Below are positions 13,785 to 27,467 of a DNA stretch of 64,000 bases, piece after piece. The DNA is from Eledone cirrhosa (taxonomy: Eukaryota), in NCBI GenBank assembly GCA_964016885.1, contig OZ024740.1:131688001-131752000 (forward strand), read 5' to 3'. The notes beneath the pieces were generated by a model. That model made no database searches. It worked only from the letters and a program-made list of their open reading frames with translations, and had not been told where the DNA came from. Positions within the stretch are counted from its first letter, which is position 1. Each line of letters starts with the position of its first letter. The position numbers and the translations under genes were made by a program.

Positions 13785-13834
13785 ATATATACACACATAC
13801 CTTCATCCACACATACATACATATACATATACAT

Positions 13835-13913
<79 letters not shown>

Positions 13914-14410
13914 CACACATACATACACACACACATACATATACATACACACATACACACACACACATATATACACATACACACACATATATATATATAT
14001 ATATACACGCACACACACATATATACACATACACATACATCCAGATACACACATACATACACACACACACACATATATATATACACACATATATATATAT
14101 ATATATGTATATATACACCCACACCCACACATACATACACACACACACACATATATATGCATACACACATACAAACATACAGACACACACACATATATAT
14201 ACACATACACACACATATATATACACACACACACATATATATATATATACACACATACGCATACATCCAGATACACACATACATACACACACGCACACAC
14301 AATACATACATCCACATGCACACACATACACACACAAACACATATACACATACATACACCCACACACAGAGAAATGGCCTCCAAATATATATATATACAT
14401 ACACATATAT
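13785..14410. repeat. Compound (TA)n/(CA)n/(TACA)n microsatellite
   Basis: Direct reading; the overlapping ORFs are low-complexity artefacts. Confidence 0.95.
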
Positions 14411-14865
14411 TTTTTCCATAATATAAGAAGTTGGGACAGTGAAATTAAAAATATATATACATATATTTATTAAAATAACAGATTAAAGTTTAAGCAAAGA
14501 ATCGGTGCTCTCACCCTTATCGAGCCCTCTTTTGATTTTAGTCTTCAAATTTATTATTATTACTATATATATATATATATAGACGGAAAAAATGAAACGA
14601 AATTTCATTTCTCACTCTTAGTACGGCTGTTACTTAAATATAAGTATGTATACGTACATACATATATGTATACAGACGTAAAGTAGTATGTATATATATA
14701 TATATACATAGATGCACATATATATATATATATATATATATATGTACGTATGGATTCACCGAACATTTATTATAATGCTCGGTGTGTTTGTAAACACACA
14801 TCCCGAATTAAGCCGTACAGTGTCTAGCAACCATCGTTGCTCATTTGTTCACCACTGACAAAGGA

Positions 14866-14908
14866 ACGCTGTACTAGTTTCAAGCTTATTAGCTATCGTC
14901 AGCAACGT
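14866..14908 (-). ncRNA. Minimal type I hammerhead ribozyme
   Basis: Minus strand: ACGTTG-CTGACGA-TAGCT-aata-AGCTT-GAAA-CTAG-TA^-CAGCGT. Confidence 0.78.
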
Positions 14909-15253
14909 ATACCTTCCTGCTAGATGGTTGAACATCTGCATGTATATATTTTCCAGATGCATATTAACGGCTGAGCAGCTATATTTGTATATCGAGGGAG
15001 TTAATTGAGCGGGGTACCGAATACGATAAACGGAAAAAATGAAACGAAATTTCATTTCTCACACTTAATAATTATATTTAAGTAACAGCCGTACTAAGAG
15101 TGAGAAATGAAATTTCGTTTCATTTTTTCCGTTTATCGTTTTCGGTACCGCGGCCGATTAACTCATTCGATATGCAAATTAGGCTGGTCAGCCGTTAATA
15201 TGCATACGGAAAGTATATACTTTCAGACGTTGAACTATCTGGCTGGAAGGTAT

Positions 15254-15296
15254 ACGTTGCTGACGATAGCTAATAAGCTTGAAACTAGTACAGCGT
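15254..15296 (+). ncRNA. Minimal type I hammerhead ribozyme
   Basis: ACGTTG-CTGACGA-TAGCT-aata-AGCTT-GAAA-CTAG-TA^-CAGCGT. Confidence 0.78.
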
Positions 15297-15501
15297 TCCT
15301 TTGTCAGTGTTGAAAAAATGAGCAACGATGGTTGCTAGAAACTGTACGGCTTAATTCGGGATGTTTGTTTACAAACACACCGAACATTATAATAAAAGTT
15401 CGATGAATCCATACGTACATATATATATATGTGTGCACGTATGTATATATATATGCATACTACTGTACGTCTGTATACATATATGTATGTACGTATACAT
15501 A

Positions 15502-15588
<87 letters not shown>

Positions 15589-15664
15589 GCACACACACAA
15601 ACACTGACACAGACACACACACACATATATATATATATGTATATATATATGTATATATATATGT

Positions 15665-15738
<74 letters not shown>

Positions 15739-16659
15739 GTGTTTGTGTGCGTGTTCGTGTTTGTGTGTGTATATCTGTTTGTGTATGTATAAGGTAAGTG
15801 AAATGCACGTATTACTTTTCGTGAAGTCATATATTTTGTTTTAAACTACTTAGATTCCTGTAGCGTGTTTAACTTGTTAGCGGTGGTTTGGAGTGAAAAA
15901 GAGAGTGTAATCAGAAGAAGATAAGTGAATGTGGGAGTGACACGAAAGGGAGACAGTAACATTAAATATGAATGAGATAATATATGCTCCTTTGCAGTTT
16001 TTATTGGCAATATGATCAAACTTGCTAGGATTGGATCAATTTCAAACGGGATCCGTAGCGTCAGTTGTTTAAAATGTATATTGGTCGATTCCCAATATAA
16101 TAATAAAAAAATGCATTAGCTCTATACGTGGAATAATGCCCATAAGAAATTGTATTTATTGTTCTCTTAATAATGTATATTCGGCTATTCAAATTCGATT
16201 ACATAATAGGCTGGTGCAGTGAAAGATTGCTCGATTAATGTTTATTCACCATCCGGTTTAAATGACTGGATTACATTAGAAAGCAATGAGAGTACACGCG
16301 CCAGACCTGCTGAGATTTATATTCAGGTATACAGGTAAAGAATACTGTGGGATCACTGCTTCACACAGATTCTCCCATAGCGCACAAACAAATATCTATT
16401 TGTTCCATATTCTTGTCTATCTACCGATCTATCCATCTTTCTATCGATGTATCTATATTTTTCAATCTATCTATCTATCAATCAATCAAACGATTTCTCT
16501 CTCTCGCCCCCCTCCCTCTCTCGCTCTTTATATATATATATTTATATATGAGTGTATGTGTCTCTGTGTGTGCATGTGTGTGTTTGAGTGTGTGCGTGTG
16601 TGAGTACGTGTATATTTGGGTGTGTACATACATACTGACAACTGCATCACTGACATGTC

Positions 16660-17400
16660 ACTCACTCGAGAACAGCTCAAACCCTGAATTTGAATTTGGG
16701 GCACATTACTTTGTTAAACGCTTTACTCGGCAAGGTTACCCTTCTCCCTGGGCCAACACGACCTGACATGCGCCCTTGAAGTCGAGTGCACCACAGCACT
16801 TACACCACCGCCTCTTCACAAAACCAACCGATTCCCATTAGCCCTTACCTACCACCCATCAAAGTAACCCCGCCAGAATATAATCCTGCTAATATAAGTC
16901 GTCTCGACGCGGACACTCCACCTGCAACATATTTCCCCTAACACCCAACAAATTATTCATGTGCGCACATACACACGAAACTTCCAGCGACCACACATGA
17001 CTGCTCCCCCAACTCCTTACCCGGATCTCACTGCCCCATACATGAAAATTCATCACCAACACCACCACTTTCTGTGGGCATCAGGATCAATCTTTTTAAA
17101 CCAGGGACGTATTTCGCTGCAACTTCTCCAGCTTTGTCTACGTGCTTCTGCAACATGCATTGTCAGCCCATCTGCATTGGAAAAAAACATTCGCCGTAAT
17201 GGATACTGATTCACCAATCAACTCCTATCGCTCGATATTTCCGCTCTGCCGACACTGAACCCACCAGCACACTGTTTTCGGCCAGATTTCTTGCACCGGA
17301 GCCACGGTCGAAACTCCTGGATACAGTGCCGTATATTATTTTCTCACTGAAGACATGGGTCTGGAGCGGCTTTAACTCTCTACCCACTTCATTTAAAATT
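16660..17400 (+). mobile_element. Highly decayed Penelope-like element fragment
   Basis: Remnant peptides SSNPEFEFGAHYFVKRFTRQGYP and TPIARYFRS...IIFSLKTWVWSGFN resemble the PLE thumb region and GIY-YIG C-terminus; a degenerate hammerhead CTGAAGA..GAAACGTC lies downstream at ~18190-18218. Confidence 0.5.
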
Positions 17401-18330
17401 CCCACAACCAATGAGAGTAGGCCCGATATCTTTTTTTCTTTAAAAGTACTAATAAACAAGTTGATTATACAAACAGACCTCTCTAACATCAACCATATGA
17501 TCTTCTCGAACACTCACAAGAACACAAATACAATCATACACAAATTTAATTAACTTACTATTCAAACAACTCATTAACCAACTAACCGTACATCAAACTC
17601 TGTCATAATATACAACAGACCAACATTCACAACCAATACACACATGCGCTACATGCACAATACTACCACCTCAAATCCCATCTCATACGACCCTATTTCT
17701 TGACCACTCCTACCTCACGAAATAGTTCTACTGTTACTACACATGAACGAGTGTGTGGGTGTGTGTGTGTTAGCGTGCCAGGACGTGTGTGCGCGCGTGC
17801 GTAAATATATAGGTGTGCCTGACGAATCTAGACTCACACGCCTATACACGCCCACTTATCGTAATCATGCAAAAACACACTCATTAGAACATACACGCCC
17901 ATGCACACAAAAGGAGACACCGGCAGATTTCGCATACACACATCAACGAAAATGAAACCGCACACAAATGCCTCCCCCCCCGCCCCCGACCAGCACACAC
18001 ACAGCAGCAATAATGCATACACATTATATTTACACCATCTGACCACATATAACAGCATTCAAGTCACAAGTAGACTCTCCACCACGCCACCGCTCCCGAA
18101 AATCCGGACAACGCACCAACCACTCAAGCATTCTTAAAAATTATTTTTTCTAAATTTCGGACAATTTACTCTCTCCGAACTCTCCTTTTCCTGAAGAAGC
18201 GCCTACACCTGAAACGTCAACCCCCCCCGCACCCTCTCTCTCTCTCTCTATCTTCTATATATCTATCTCTATATATATTTCCATCACACACACACACATA
18301 CACACACACACACACACTCATATATATATA

Positions 18331-18380
<50 letters not shown>

Positions 18381-18394
18381 TATTTGATCTCTTT

Positions 18395-18575
18395 GGGATT
18401 GGCAGTATCGCTCGAACACCATGTTTTGTAGTAGAGAGTTACGGTACTTTATGATCTGAGTTCAAATCCCGCCGAGGTTGACTTTGCCTTTCATCCTTAC
18501 GGGGTCGATAAAATAAAGTACCAGTAATGCACTGAAATAATTGTTGACATTGTGCCAACAGTTAAAACAATTAAT
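18395..18575 (+). mobile_element. tRNA-derived SINE (family 1)
   Basis: A-box-like TGGCAGTATCG, B-box GAGTTCAAATCC, conserved core ctttgcctttcatccttacggggtcgataaaataaagtaccag; several copies in the window. Confidence 0.8.
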
Positions 18576-19083
18576 TGATCTGTTTTGTAATCAAGAAACT
18601 TAGAAGCCGTTGCCCTTACAACTTTAATATATGCATACTCACACGGTTATATTACATTATTTTGTATTCTTTCAAATGGTGGGAGTGTATGAATGTACAT
18701 TGTATGACTTATTTTAATATATAGGCATTATGCTATGTTGGAAGAAAAAGCACTAAACCCATGGAATGTTGTGTGCACATCCTCTATCGGTCCTCCTGTC
18801 TTGCAGTGCCACATATTTTACTGCACTCATTACATACATTCATGCATACATACATTCATACATAAATACAGACATACATGCAGATATAATTAAATATATA
18901 TTTATATCAGTGTATGTGTTCATGTTTAAAAATATATGTATTTTTTTTTAAATATACATTCATATAAACTGAAGCAAAACAAATACATGTCCTACTCACT
19001 GATACATACATACAGTACCGATTTACCTAAACACGCACATCTCACACACATATACACGCACACACACACTCATATATATATAA

Positions 19084-19155
<72 letters not shown>

Positions 19156-19207
19156 ATGTGTGTGTGTGTGTGTGTGGTTGTTTACATATCTATTTCCTTA
19201 TCTAAAT

Positions 19208-19321
19208 GATGAGTTGTTTTATTCTGGAGACATCTGTGTATTCACAGGTTCATTAGACAAGACAAATCTTGTCTGTTGATCCTGTGAATACAAAAATGTT
19301 TCCCAGTTTAAACAGACTCAT
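19208..19321. repeat. Imperfect hairpin / short foldback (~55-bp arms)
   Basis: atgagt..tgtattcacagg..agacaag / cttgtct..cctgtgaataca..actcat. Confidence 0.7.
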
Positions 19322-22300
19322 ATTCCAGTCAGAATAAAGAACTATTTAAAGTTGTACTACGATATTGAGTATTCATTGTCACGTCGTCTACTCGTCTACA
19401 TCACAAGGATATATATATACTGCAATATTTTAAGAGGCAGACATAACATCACATGTTATGGAGGTACAAAATAGGTATTTATTAAAGTGTTGGGATTATT
19501 CTCAATGAATTCGCTTACAATTTACTCCTGTCTCTGTTCAAGATAATAAGGCAGTGATTTCTATTAGATAACATTGGATAATTTTGGAAAATATTTCATC
19601 TTCATTTTATTTTCTATTTATCTTTGTTTTGTCTTGTATCTTTATTCTAATAACAAGATTTTATTTATACCTAACTATGTACCCTACTATCGAATTGGAG
19701 TGAATCAACGAAAACCAACTGACTTGGAATTGTACACTCAGAAGTGCTGTTGAAATAATAAAATTGGTTTCATATCAATTCTAATGTGCGTTATGTTAAC
19801 TCAACACAAATATGGGCATATGTAATAACTCTCTGTAACCAAACGTAATTATTTCTGACATATTTCTCGCCATATCTCTCAAAGCACACTGGTGAGCAAT
19901 AGTCCTATGCGATGAACACGTGGCAAAATATTCTTCACTTAAACTTGCTAAGTAGGATTAAGTAGAATGATTAGGAAGGTCATTGAATGATACACTTCTG
20001 ATCGATAAGTACTGAAATATGTCTTGTCGACGCTTTTGCTTTTCGTATAAGATTGCATTAATTTCAAAATATATCTCCATGCGTTTAATGCACTATGGCA
20101 TTGATGAAATTAATGAAACAATTTTCAGTGGAAACAATAAACAATGATTATTCTAAAAGCAAATATTTGGTTTCCTCAAACGTTTTATATTCGAAATGGA
20201 AAACGAATATGTAAGTTTGAATACAATTCCCACACTATAATACACTGACATTCTGTATTATTGTATTTCCTTTCTGTTGATCTACGAGTAAATTAGACAT
20301 GCTAATATTTAGTGGTTATTATTCTGAATATCTTCTCATTAAGCAACATAATACAATCAGAAGTCTCACCACATTTATCATTATAATTATCATCATCAAT
20401 AACATGTGGAAATAAAACACCAACATCAAGATCACTAATATACTACCAGCTACAATGTTATCACCATCCCCAACCACAGTACTAAAACATCTACCCTCCC
20501 CACAACCAAGGTGACCACCGTCGTCCCATTTAGCTTACTGTTAACACCACCAATAAACACAATATCTTTTTCAAAATCAGAAACTTCATCGTGGCTTAAA
20601 CAAGGAAGTCCAAAGAAAGAAACAAAAAGAGCTATCAAAACTATGCTATCGAAACTAATCATATTACTAACTGCGTACATAAAGAAGACATATCCATACT
20701 ATATGTGAAATATTTGAGGATATATTGGCAAGCATCTTTGCCTAGTCTTCTAACTTTTCGCAACATGAATAGAAGGAAGTGAGACATGATGAAGTAGACA
20801 ATATTATAATTAGAAACTCTATCAAAAGTGTGGATTTCTGTGCGAAGAATAATTGTACAACACTAAGTTAGAGAAATTAATTAAATTAAATTAGAACCTT
20901 ATGAAATATTCTGGGAGTCGCATTACAGGCAGGCAATGAATTTGGTCACAGTAACCCAGATATAACTGAGAGGGAGAAATACAGATAAATGTGAATATAC
21001 AATAGACCACTCAAGTCCATTTAACTTGAGAGTGACGAGAAAAGAAGACAAGTAGCAAACTTCCCATTCATTCAAGTACTAAAATATACGGTTGTGAATA
21101 TTGGAAAAGGTTAAAGCCATACCAGTAGCGAAAGTGTGATGGGAAGAGTAATCCGTAAAAGTGAGCATTGGATAAATAAATTAACAATTGAGTGCCTCAT
21201 AGATTTACTCCGGAATACTTGACGTTTATGAACAGTGCGAATCAGTTGGTGGAGAAAAGAATAGTGGTACATAATGTCACTCACTGTTTGTGGTAAGCTA
21301 TCACACAATATCCGTATTTTCAACAACTTTTCTGAAAAACATATTCCTATAATTCTCTCCAGCATTACCATCATCTTTACCCCCTCCATTAAAATACTCA
21401 TCATGCACACACCGCCGCATTCGTGTTTATCACCTTCATCTTAAATATCCATAGTAATAAGACTAAAGGCTTCTTATTTATATACTAGGACAGCATTCTA
21501 GTTGAAGAAGAGAATGCTGATTATATCATGTCCCTTATTTGAATGCGCATTTATTTTATTGAACATAGACTAAAGAGCAAAGTGACTTCGACACGAAATT
21601 GAAGTCAAATCATAAAAGTCCGTAAGAAAAATACAACTTCATATTTTATTCGTGGTTCTAGCGATTCTGTCAATGAAATGACATTACGTCAATTTCTAAT
21701 TCATGCATGAGGGCAAACATTCAGGTAAATTGGCCGAAATATTTAATTGGTGAATTACGTTTTTTGGTTGTTGAAGATTGGTGAGCATAATATATAAGGC
21801 TACAGTTTGAATGTAGCAAAACCTGTCTTCACTGTTCTAGCAAGTCTACCAAATTCATCGCTCTTATTGCTGATAAAAAGAGTAATTCTAAATATATAAT
21901 GTCGTTAGTACGTAACTAGAATTATGCTTCAAGTAAACGCATTCAGATTAGTAAATACCATATCTATATGTTGCAACCTAGTTTAAAATGAAGATGAGTT
22001 TCTTTTACAGTGTAACAGTAGCGTGTACAACCATTTACAGGGCTTAAGAGACTTATGCGAGACAAAGAGCAAGGACGTTTGCCTCAAATCGTATCGCAGC
22101 ATTTTATTTGGCACACAAGGAAAAAGCGATGGCTTTTGTCTACTATATAATAATAGTGCATAATAATTCAATTAAATAACATAGAAGTTGTTTATGTAGT
22201 CACCTAGTTTTGTGTGAACATAATTATCTGCAAACATGACGAGGAAAGATGGATGAAGTACCTGTGTTAATTGCTACCCTTTATGCATTTAGATGTAAAA

Positions 22301-23766
22301 GAGAGATATGTAAATGTTTTATACTAACGGAATATATTTCTGTGTGCTTAGATGATTACAACATACAGTGGTTAATCGCTTGGCCGCAGCTAACGTTAGA
22401 TTAGATATTGCACAGTTAAAATAAGAGCTCCCTTAATCAATTTATGTCGGTTAGTGGAGAGAAGTGTTTATAGTCAGAGCACACTACAGTATAACGGAAT
22501 AACAATGTTTTATCTCCTACGCTATTATTTCTTGTTAGTATATCTTCATTTTAGTATATTTTAAAGCGCTCGTTTTAGATATTGCATATTGCATATCACC
22601 AAGGTATAATTTTGTATTATTTCAGGAAGATATTAGGCAATGTTTCTTGACATGATTGCTTTGGATATTTGGGAAGATTAGAAGATTTATCGTTGCTAAA
22701 CAGAATTTGTGATATTCGTTCACTTTACTTGAAGGGATATTTAAACCCCAGATGTATGCATGTGTATATAGGTTTTAGCGTGTGAAAGTATGATTGTATT
22801 AATGGCGTATTTGGCTTGCAAACAAAAACAGATATTGAAAGGAAACATTACAAAAATATTGCTAGAAAGGAAGAGGAGCTACCGAAGAAAGGTATAGTTA
22901 AAACTATTTCCCTTGTGCAAAACAATAAAGTACATTGTACAATAATTCTAAGACATGTGCGGTGTACGGGAAAACGAGTTAGACACGCCATTGGATAAAA
23001 ACGCCATTAATAAATAAAGAGTAAGTGAAAAGCAATGTAAACTAAAGGATTTATTAAGGAATAGTGGTATGAAGGAGGCGAGAGTAAAATGAAATATATT
23101 TTCCCATGCGAAGTGCAATGACTTATACTGCTGCGTCAAAGGCGGCTTGTTTAAGATATCTCACACTCGAAATTAAAAAGGATTACCAAGAAGAAATTGG
23201 ATGTATTTAGCATAGATCACTTATTTACTATATTAGATATATTGAGCAACTATAGTTAGATTTTGTGATAACATTTTTCCCCAATGTTAGTATAACAGGA
23301 ACATGAATGTCATGAATGTTCATGAATGTCAAAGAAAAATAAATAAAAGAGCCAATCGGGGACAACGAGGGAATAGTACAAATCAATACACTGCAGTATT
23401 GAATGACTGTGATGGCCCAGCAATGATCAAATATATCATTATAAAACATTTCGCAATCTAAAGAGGAAACATTTTCACCGACAAAATAGAAGATAATTTG
23501 CCTGAAAGGAGCCGTTCACCCACAGAATTACAGAAAATTAGTTACAAGATTGAAGGAGTTAATACTTTCTTATGTTTATCATGATGCAAATTGATATTTC
23601 ATTGAACATGTTTTTCATGTCATTTCGTGGAAAAAAGAACACAGTTAAATACTAGCAAGTTTAACTTTGTTTCTGCGGGATTATAAAAGAGGATTTTGTT
23701 AATCGGTTTCAGAAACAATATCACAATATACGTCACTCAAACCGACCCATTATTTCTATTGATCTA

Positions 23767-23958
23767 GGGAGGTGAGTTGGCAGTACCGGTAGAGGGTCGG
23801 ATGCCATGCTTTGACGCATAGAGTTGCGGCCTTTGCCATTCTGAGTTCAAATCCCGCCGAGGTTAACTTTGCCTTTCATCCTTACGGGGTCGATAAAATA
23901 AATACCAGTAATGCACTGGATAATTGCTGGCCTTGTGCTAAAAGTAGAAACAATTATT
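23767..23958 (+). mobile_element. tRNA-derived SINE (family 1)
   Basis: B-box gagttcaaatcc, same core, agaaacaattatt tail. Confidence 0.85.
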
Positions 23959-24285
23959 TCTATTTATCTGGCTTTTATTCCCATCCCTCATTGTTATAAA
24001 TCAGCTGAAGAGAAACGCATAGAGTTATTTACAAACACGAACATACCAAACCATTAAATACAGCAAACGTAAACCTAACAAAAATAGGCCAAACAAAACC
24101 ATAATAAGCCCACGCTAGCCAACTCACACCACACAGTATCTTATTACCTAGTTGAATATAATTATAATTAAAATTAAACCACAAAAAAAAAACCTCATGC
24201 CAGATAGATTTTAGAGGGGTATTGTAACTCACCTAACACCAAAAGCATATTTCAAAATGCACACACACAAACATGCGCACAAACA

Positions 24286-24335
<50 letters not shown>

Positions 24336-24494
24336 ATATATATATATATATATATATTAGAAGGTGAGTTTTTTTTTACAAAATGAAAACTAACCGAGGT
24401 GTCCTACACGAGTGAAAGTATAAAGAAAAAAAGATGAAATCGAAAATGCAACTGGAGTCTTATTTTTTAAAAAATATATATATTTATTTGGTTC

Positions 24495-24530
24495 CATTAC
24501 CAGTTTCGCAATTCTTCTGCTTTTCAAATG
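24495..24530 (-). ncRNA. Minimal hammerhead ribozyme, U3-A8 variant (paralog of 13061-13096)
   Basis: Minus strand: CAT-TTGAAAA-GCAG-aagaa-TTGC-GAAA-CTGG-TA^-ATG; flanks about 24420-24565 are homologous to about 13030-13165. Confidence 0.68.
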
Positions 24531-24589
24531 TAGAGTTGAGATGGAGGGTCTGTTGTTTTTCTCAAATCTGATATATATATATATAATAA

Positions 24590-25530
24590 ATTATAAAGAA
24601 AAAAGAAACATTAGACGTAAATAAATAAATACCTATTTTTTCTACAAATTCTCGACTGTACAGTTTCGTGGCTACTTTGCAAAAAACATATAATATAGAG
24701 ATGTAGCATTCTTGTCAGGTTTGCCAACTTATCAAGAGAATACCTCATTTAAAGTTTCAAAACAGGTCTGCATCGCGTGAAAGAATCCAGGAAAGGCGGA
24801 GGGGAAATTATCACGTGATACAGCGGTCAAGAAACGGAGCTTCATCCCTTGAAGCAACGAAAAATGCCACGAATGTATATATGTATGTATTCACATGTAT
24901 CTGTGTACCTCTCATTATTGTCTATAAGGGCGGTGAATTGGCAGTATCGGTAGAGGGTCGAACGCCATGCTTTGACGCAAAGAGTTACGTCTCTTTACGG
25001 ACTGAGTTAAAATCCCGCCGAGGTTAACTTCGCCTTTCATCCTTACCGGGTCGATGAAATAAAGTACCAGTAATGCACTGTATAATTGCTGGCCTTGTGC
25101 CAAAAGTAGAAATAATTATTGTCTATAACTCCCTCACGGTAGAGTAACCAGAGAAGTATAGTGACTGCTTTGAAGCTAACACTATTTACACTTCTAGTCA
25201 TCCTTACCACCCCGTCTGTAGCCTCAGCATTGTGTTAATGCTCCACCGCCATTCGTGGCATTATTCGTTGCTACAATGGATTTAGCTCCGTTTCTTGAAC
25301 GCTGTATCACGTGAAAAGTCCCCCTCCGCCTTCCCGGATTTCTTTCGCGCGATGCTGACATGTTTTGAAACTTTAAATGAGGTATTCTCTTGATAGGTTT
25401 GTAAACCTCACAAGAATGCTACATCTCTATGATATAGGATTTTGCAAAGTAGTCACGAAACTGTAGAGTCGAGAATTTGACGAAAAAATAGGTATTTATT
25501 CATGTCTAATATTTCTTCTTTCTTTATAAT
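24590..25530. repeat. Inverted repeat (~285-bp arms) with decayed hammerhead motifs, enclosing a SINE
   Basis: 24590-24875 versus 25250-25530; each arm carries CT(G/C)ACAA..GCTAC/GTAG..GAAA-CTG-ta-(C/G)AG-TC. Confidence 0.8.
24928..25114 (+). mobile_element. tRNA-derived SINE (family 1) with 14-bp target-site duplication
   Basis: attattgtctataa at 24914-24927 and 25115-25128 flanks the SINE. Confidence 0.85.
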
Positions 25531-25533
25531 GTA

Positions 25534-26898
25534 CTAGCAGTAAAGCCCGGCGTTGCTCGGGGTCGCTCAGTAGCTGTGTTAAAGTTACAATGTTAAGTTT
25601 CTTTCTTGGCTTAAAAACTGTAGTGTCTACTGTGCAGACTTGCATGTGGTGTTTTTGATTAATATTCCCTCAACCAACAATATGCCTTATGAAGTTAAGA
25701 AAACATAACGATAACCCGAATGTTATAACAAAAGAGGATGCTGGGGATAGAAACTGCACTGGTTACTTATTAACAAAGATCGAAAATGTAAACACTGCAA
25801 CGCAGAGAAAAACATTAGCGTAACCAAATTATCAGTTATGTCTGTCTGCACGCCTATATCACCTCTCTGCACGACTGTCTGTCTGCACGCCTATATCACC
25901 TCTCTGCACGACTGTCTGTCTGCACGCCTATATCACCTCTCTGCACGACTGTCTGTCTGCACGCGTATATCACCTCTCTGCACGACTGTCTGTCTGCACG
26001 AATGTCTGTCTGCACGCCTAACGACGAAATATTTGCTTGTTTTACGTAGTCTTTAAATAGACTTGTTTTCAAGTAAAAATATTGTTTTAAAATGCTTTCA
26101 AATGGAAATGAAGCTAAACGGAAGCTTAGTGTTCGAACTGATGAATGTTATAACAAAAGAGGATGCTGGGGATAGAAACTGCACTGGTTATTTATTAACA
26201 AAGATCGAAAATGTAAACACTGCAACGCAGAGAAAAACATTAGCGTAACCAAATTATCAGTTATGTCTGTCTACACGCCTATATCACCTCTCTGCACGAC
26301 TGTCTGTCTGCACGCCTATATCACCTCTCTGCACGACTGTCTGTCTGCACGCCTATATCACCTCTCTGCACGACTATCTGTCTGCACGCCTATATCACCT
26401 CTCTGCACGACTGTCTGTCTGCACGCGTATATCACCTCTCTGCACGACTGTCTGTCTGCACGACTGTCTGTCTGCACGCCTAACGACGAAATATTGGCTT
26501 GTTTTACGTAGTCTTTAAATAGACTTGTTTTCAAGTAAAAATATTGTTTTAAAATGCTTTTAAATGGAAATGAAGCAAAACGGAAGCTTAGTGTTCGAAC
26601 TGATGAATTTTGCAGGTCAATATTTTGCTGAGAAAGCCAGCGTAATTTTTTACGTAAGACGCTCAATGTAAACAGAACAAAGGGAAATAACTGATAACTT
26701 ACGCTCAAAAATCGATACATTATATTCGATTTCGTCACATAGGGTGGGTCAATTTGAAACTTTTTTTTTTCCGATGTCTTCGCTAGGGCTCAATGTACAA
26801 GTATCGCAATTTCGGTGCAATTCCGTGAGAGATTCTAAGAGGAGATGTGTGCCAAAAATCGATAGACAGACAGACAACGACAGTTTTATATATATAGA
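25534..26898 (-). mobile_element. Non-autonomous Helitron with internal tandem duplication and 37-bp minisatellite
   Basis: Minus strand starts A|TCTATATATATAAAA and ends CCCG-agcaacgc-CGGG hairpin, spacer, CTAG|T; ~425-bp duplication (from about 25719 and 26144); arrays of cacgcctatatcacctctctgcacgactgtctgtctg. Confidence 0.85.
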
Positions 26899-27082
26899 TT
26901 ACATAGCTCTGATATAGAATCAATTTAATTATTCCGATTATTTTGTCTCTCTTAATCATAGAGCAACAACGATTAAGGCTGGCAACACACACTCTCACAT
27001 ACATGTGAAATATATATGTGTATATATGCATGAATATGAATGTATTCACATGTATCGGTGTACCTCTCATTATTGTATATAA

Positions 27083-27176
27083 CTTTGCCTTTCATCTTTA
27101 CGGGGTCGATAAAATAAAGTACCAGTAATACGCTGGGATAATTGCTGGCCTTTTGCCAAATGTAGAAACAATTATT
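27083..27176 (+). mobile_element. SINE family 1, 3' half
   Basis: Core ctttgcctttcatctttacggggtcgataaaataaagtaccag plus tail. Confidence 0.8.
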
Positions 27177-27211
27177 GTATATATATATATATATACAATA
27201 ATGAGAGGTAC

Positions 27212-27404
27212 AAGGCGGTAGATTGGCAGTATCGGTAGAGGGTCGGACGTCATGCTTTGACGCATGGTGTTACGGCCCTTGCCAGTCTGAGTTCTAATCT
27301 CGCCGAGGTTGACTTTGCCTATCATCCTTACGGGGTCGATCAAATAAAGTACCATTAATGCACTGGGTTATTGCTGGCCTTGTGCCAATAGTAGAAACAA
27401 TTAT

Positions 27405-27408
<4 letters not shown>
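27212..27408 (+). mobile_element. tRNA-derived SINE (family 1)
   Basis: Full head, core and (ATT) tail. Confidence 0.85.

Positions 27409-27460
<52 letters not shown>

Positions 27461-27467
<7 letters not shown>

Larger units (their letters stand above)
14582..15505. mobile_element. Diverged copy of the hammerhead-containing ~490-bp repeat, arranged as a monomer plus an inverted monomer
   Basis: aaaaaatgaaacgaaatttcatttctcactcttagta head shared with the 58371-61666 units; 14582-15065 forward, about 15075-15505 inverted. Confidence 0.85.

Noticed and set aside
13635-14473. Long ORFs rich in YI/HT/CV (also at about 15.4, 34.3-35.7, 37.4 and 63.4 kb)
   Set aside because: Translations of stop-free dinucleotide microsatellites, with no protein signal
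18395-18480. tRNA genes at B-box motifs
   Set aside because: No cloverleaf; the motif continues into a repeated SINE body
20400-21410. Possible host exons or an old GIY-YIG remnant (EHWINKL..)
   Set aside because: Short ORFs, no convincing domain or splice pattern, too decayed to call
25838-26480. 37-bp repeats as a CRISPR array
   Set aside because: Head-to-tail repeats with no unique spacers, no cas genes, eukaryotic context, inside a Helitron
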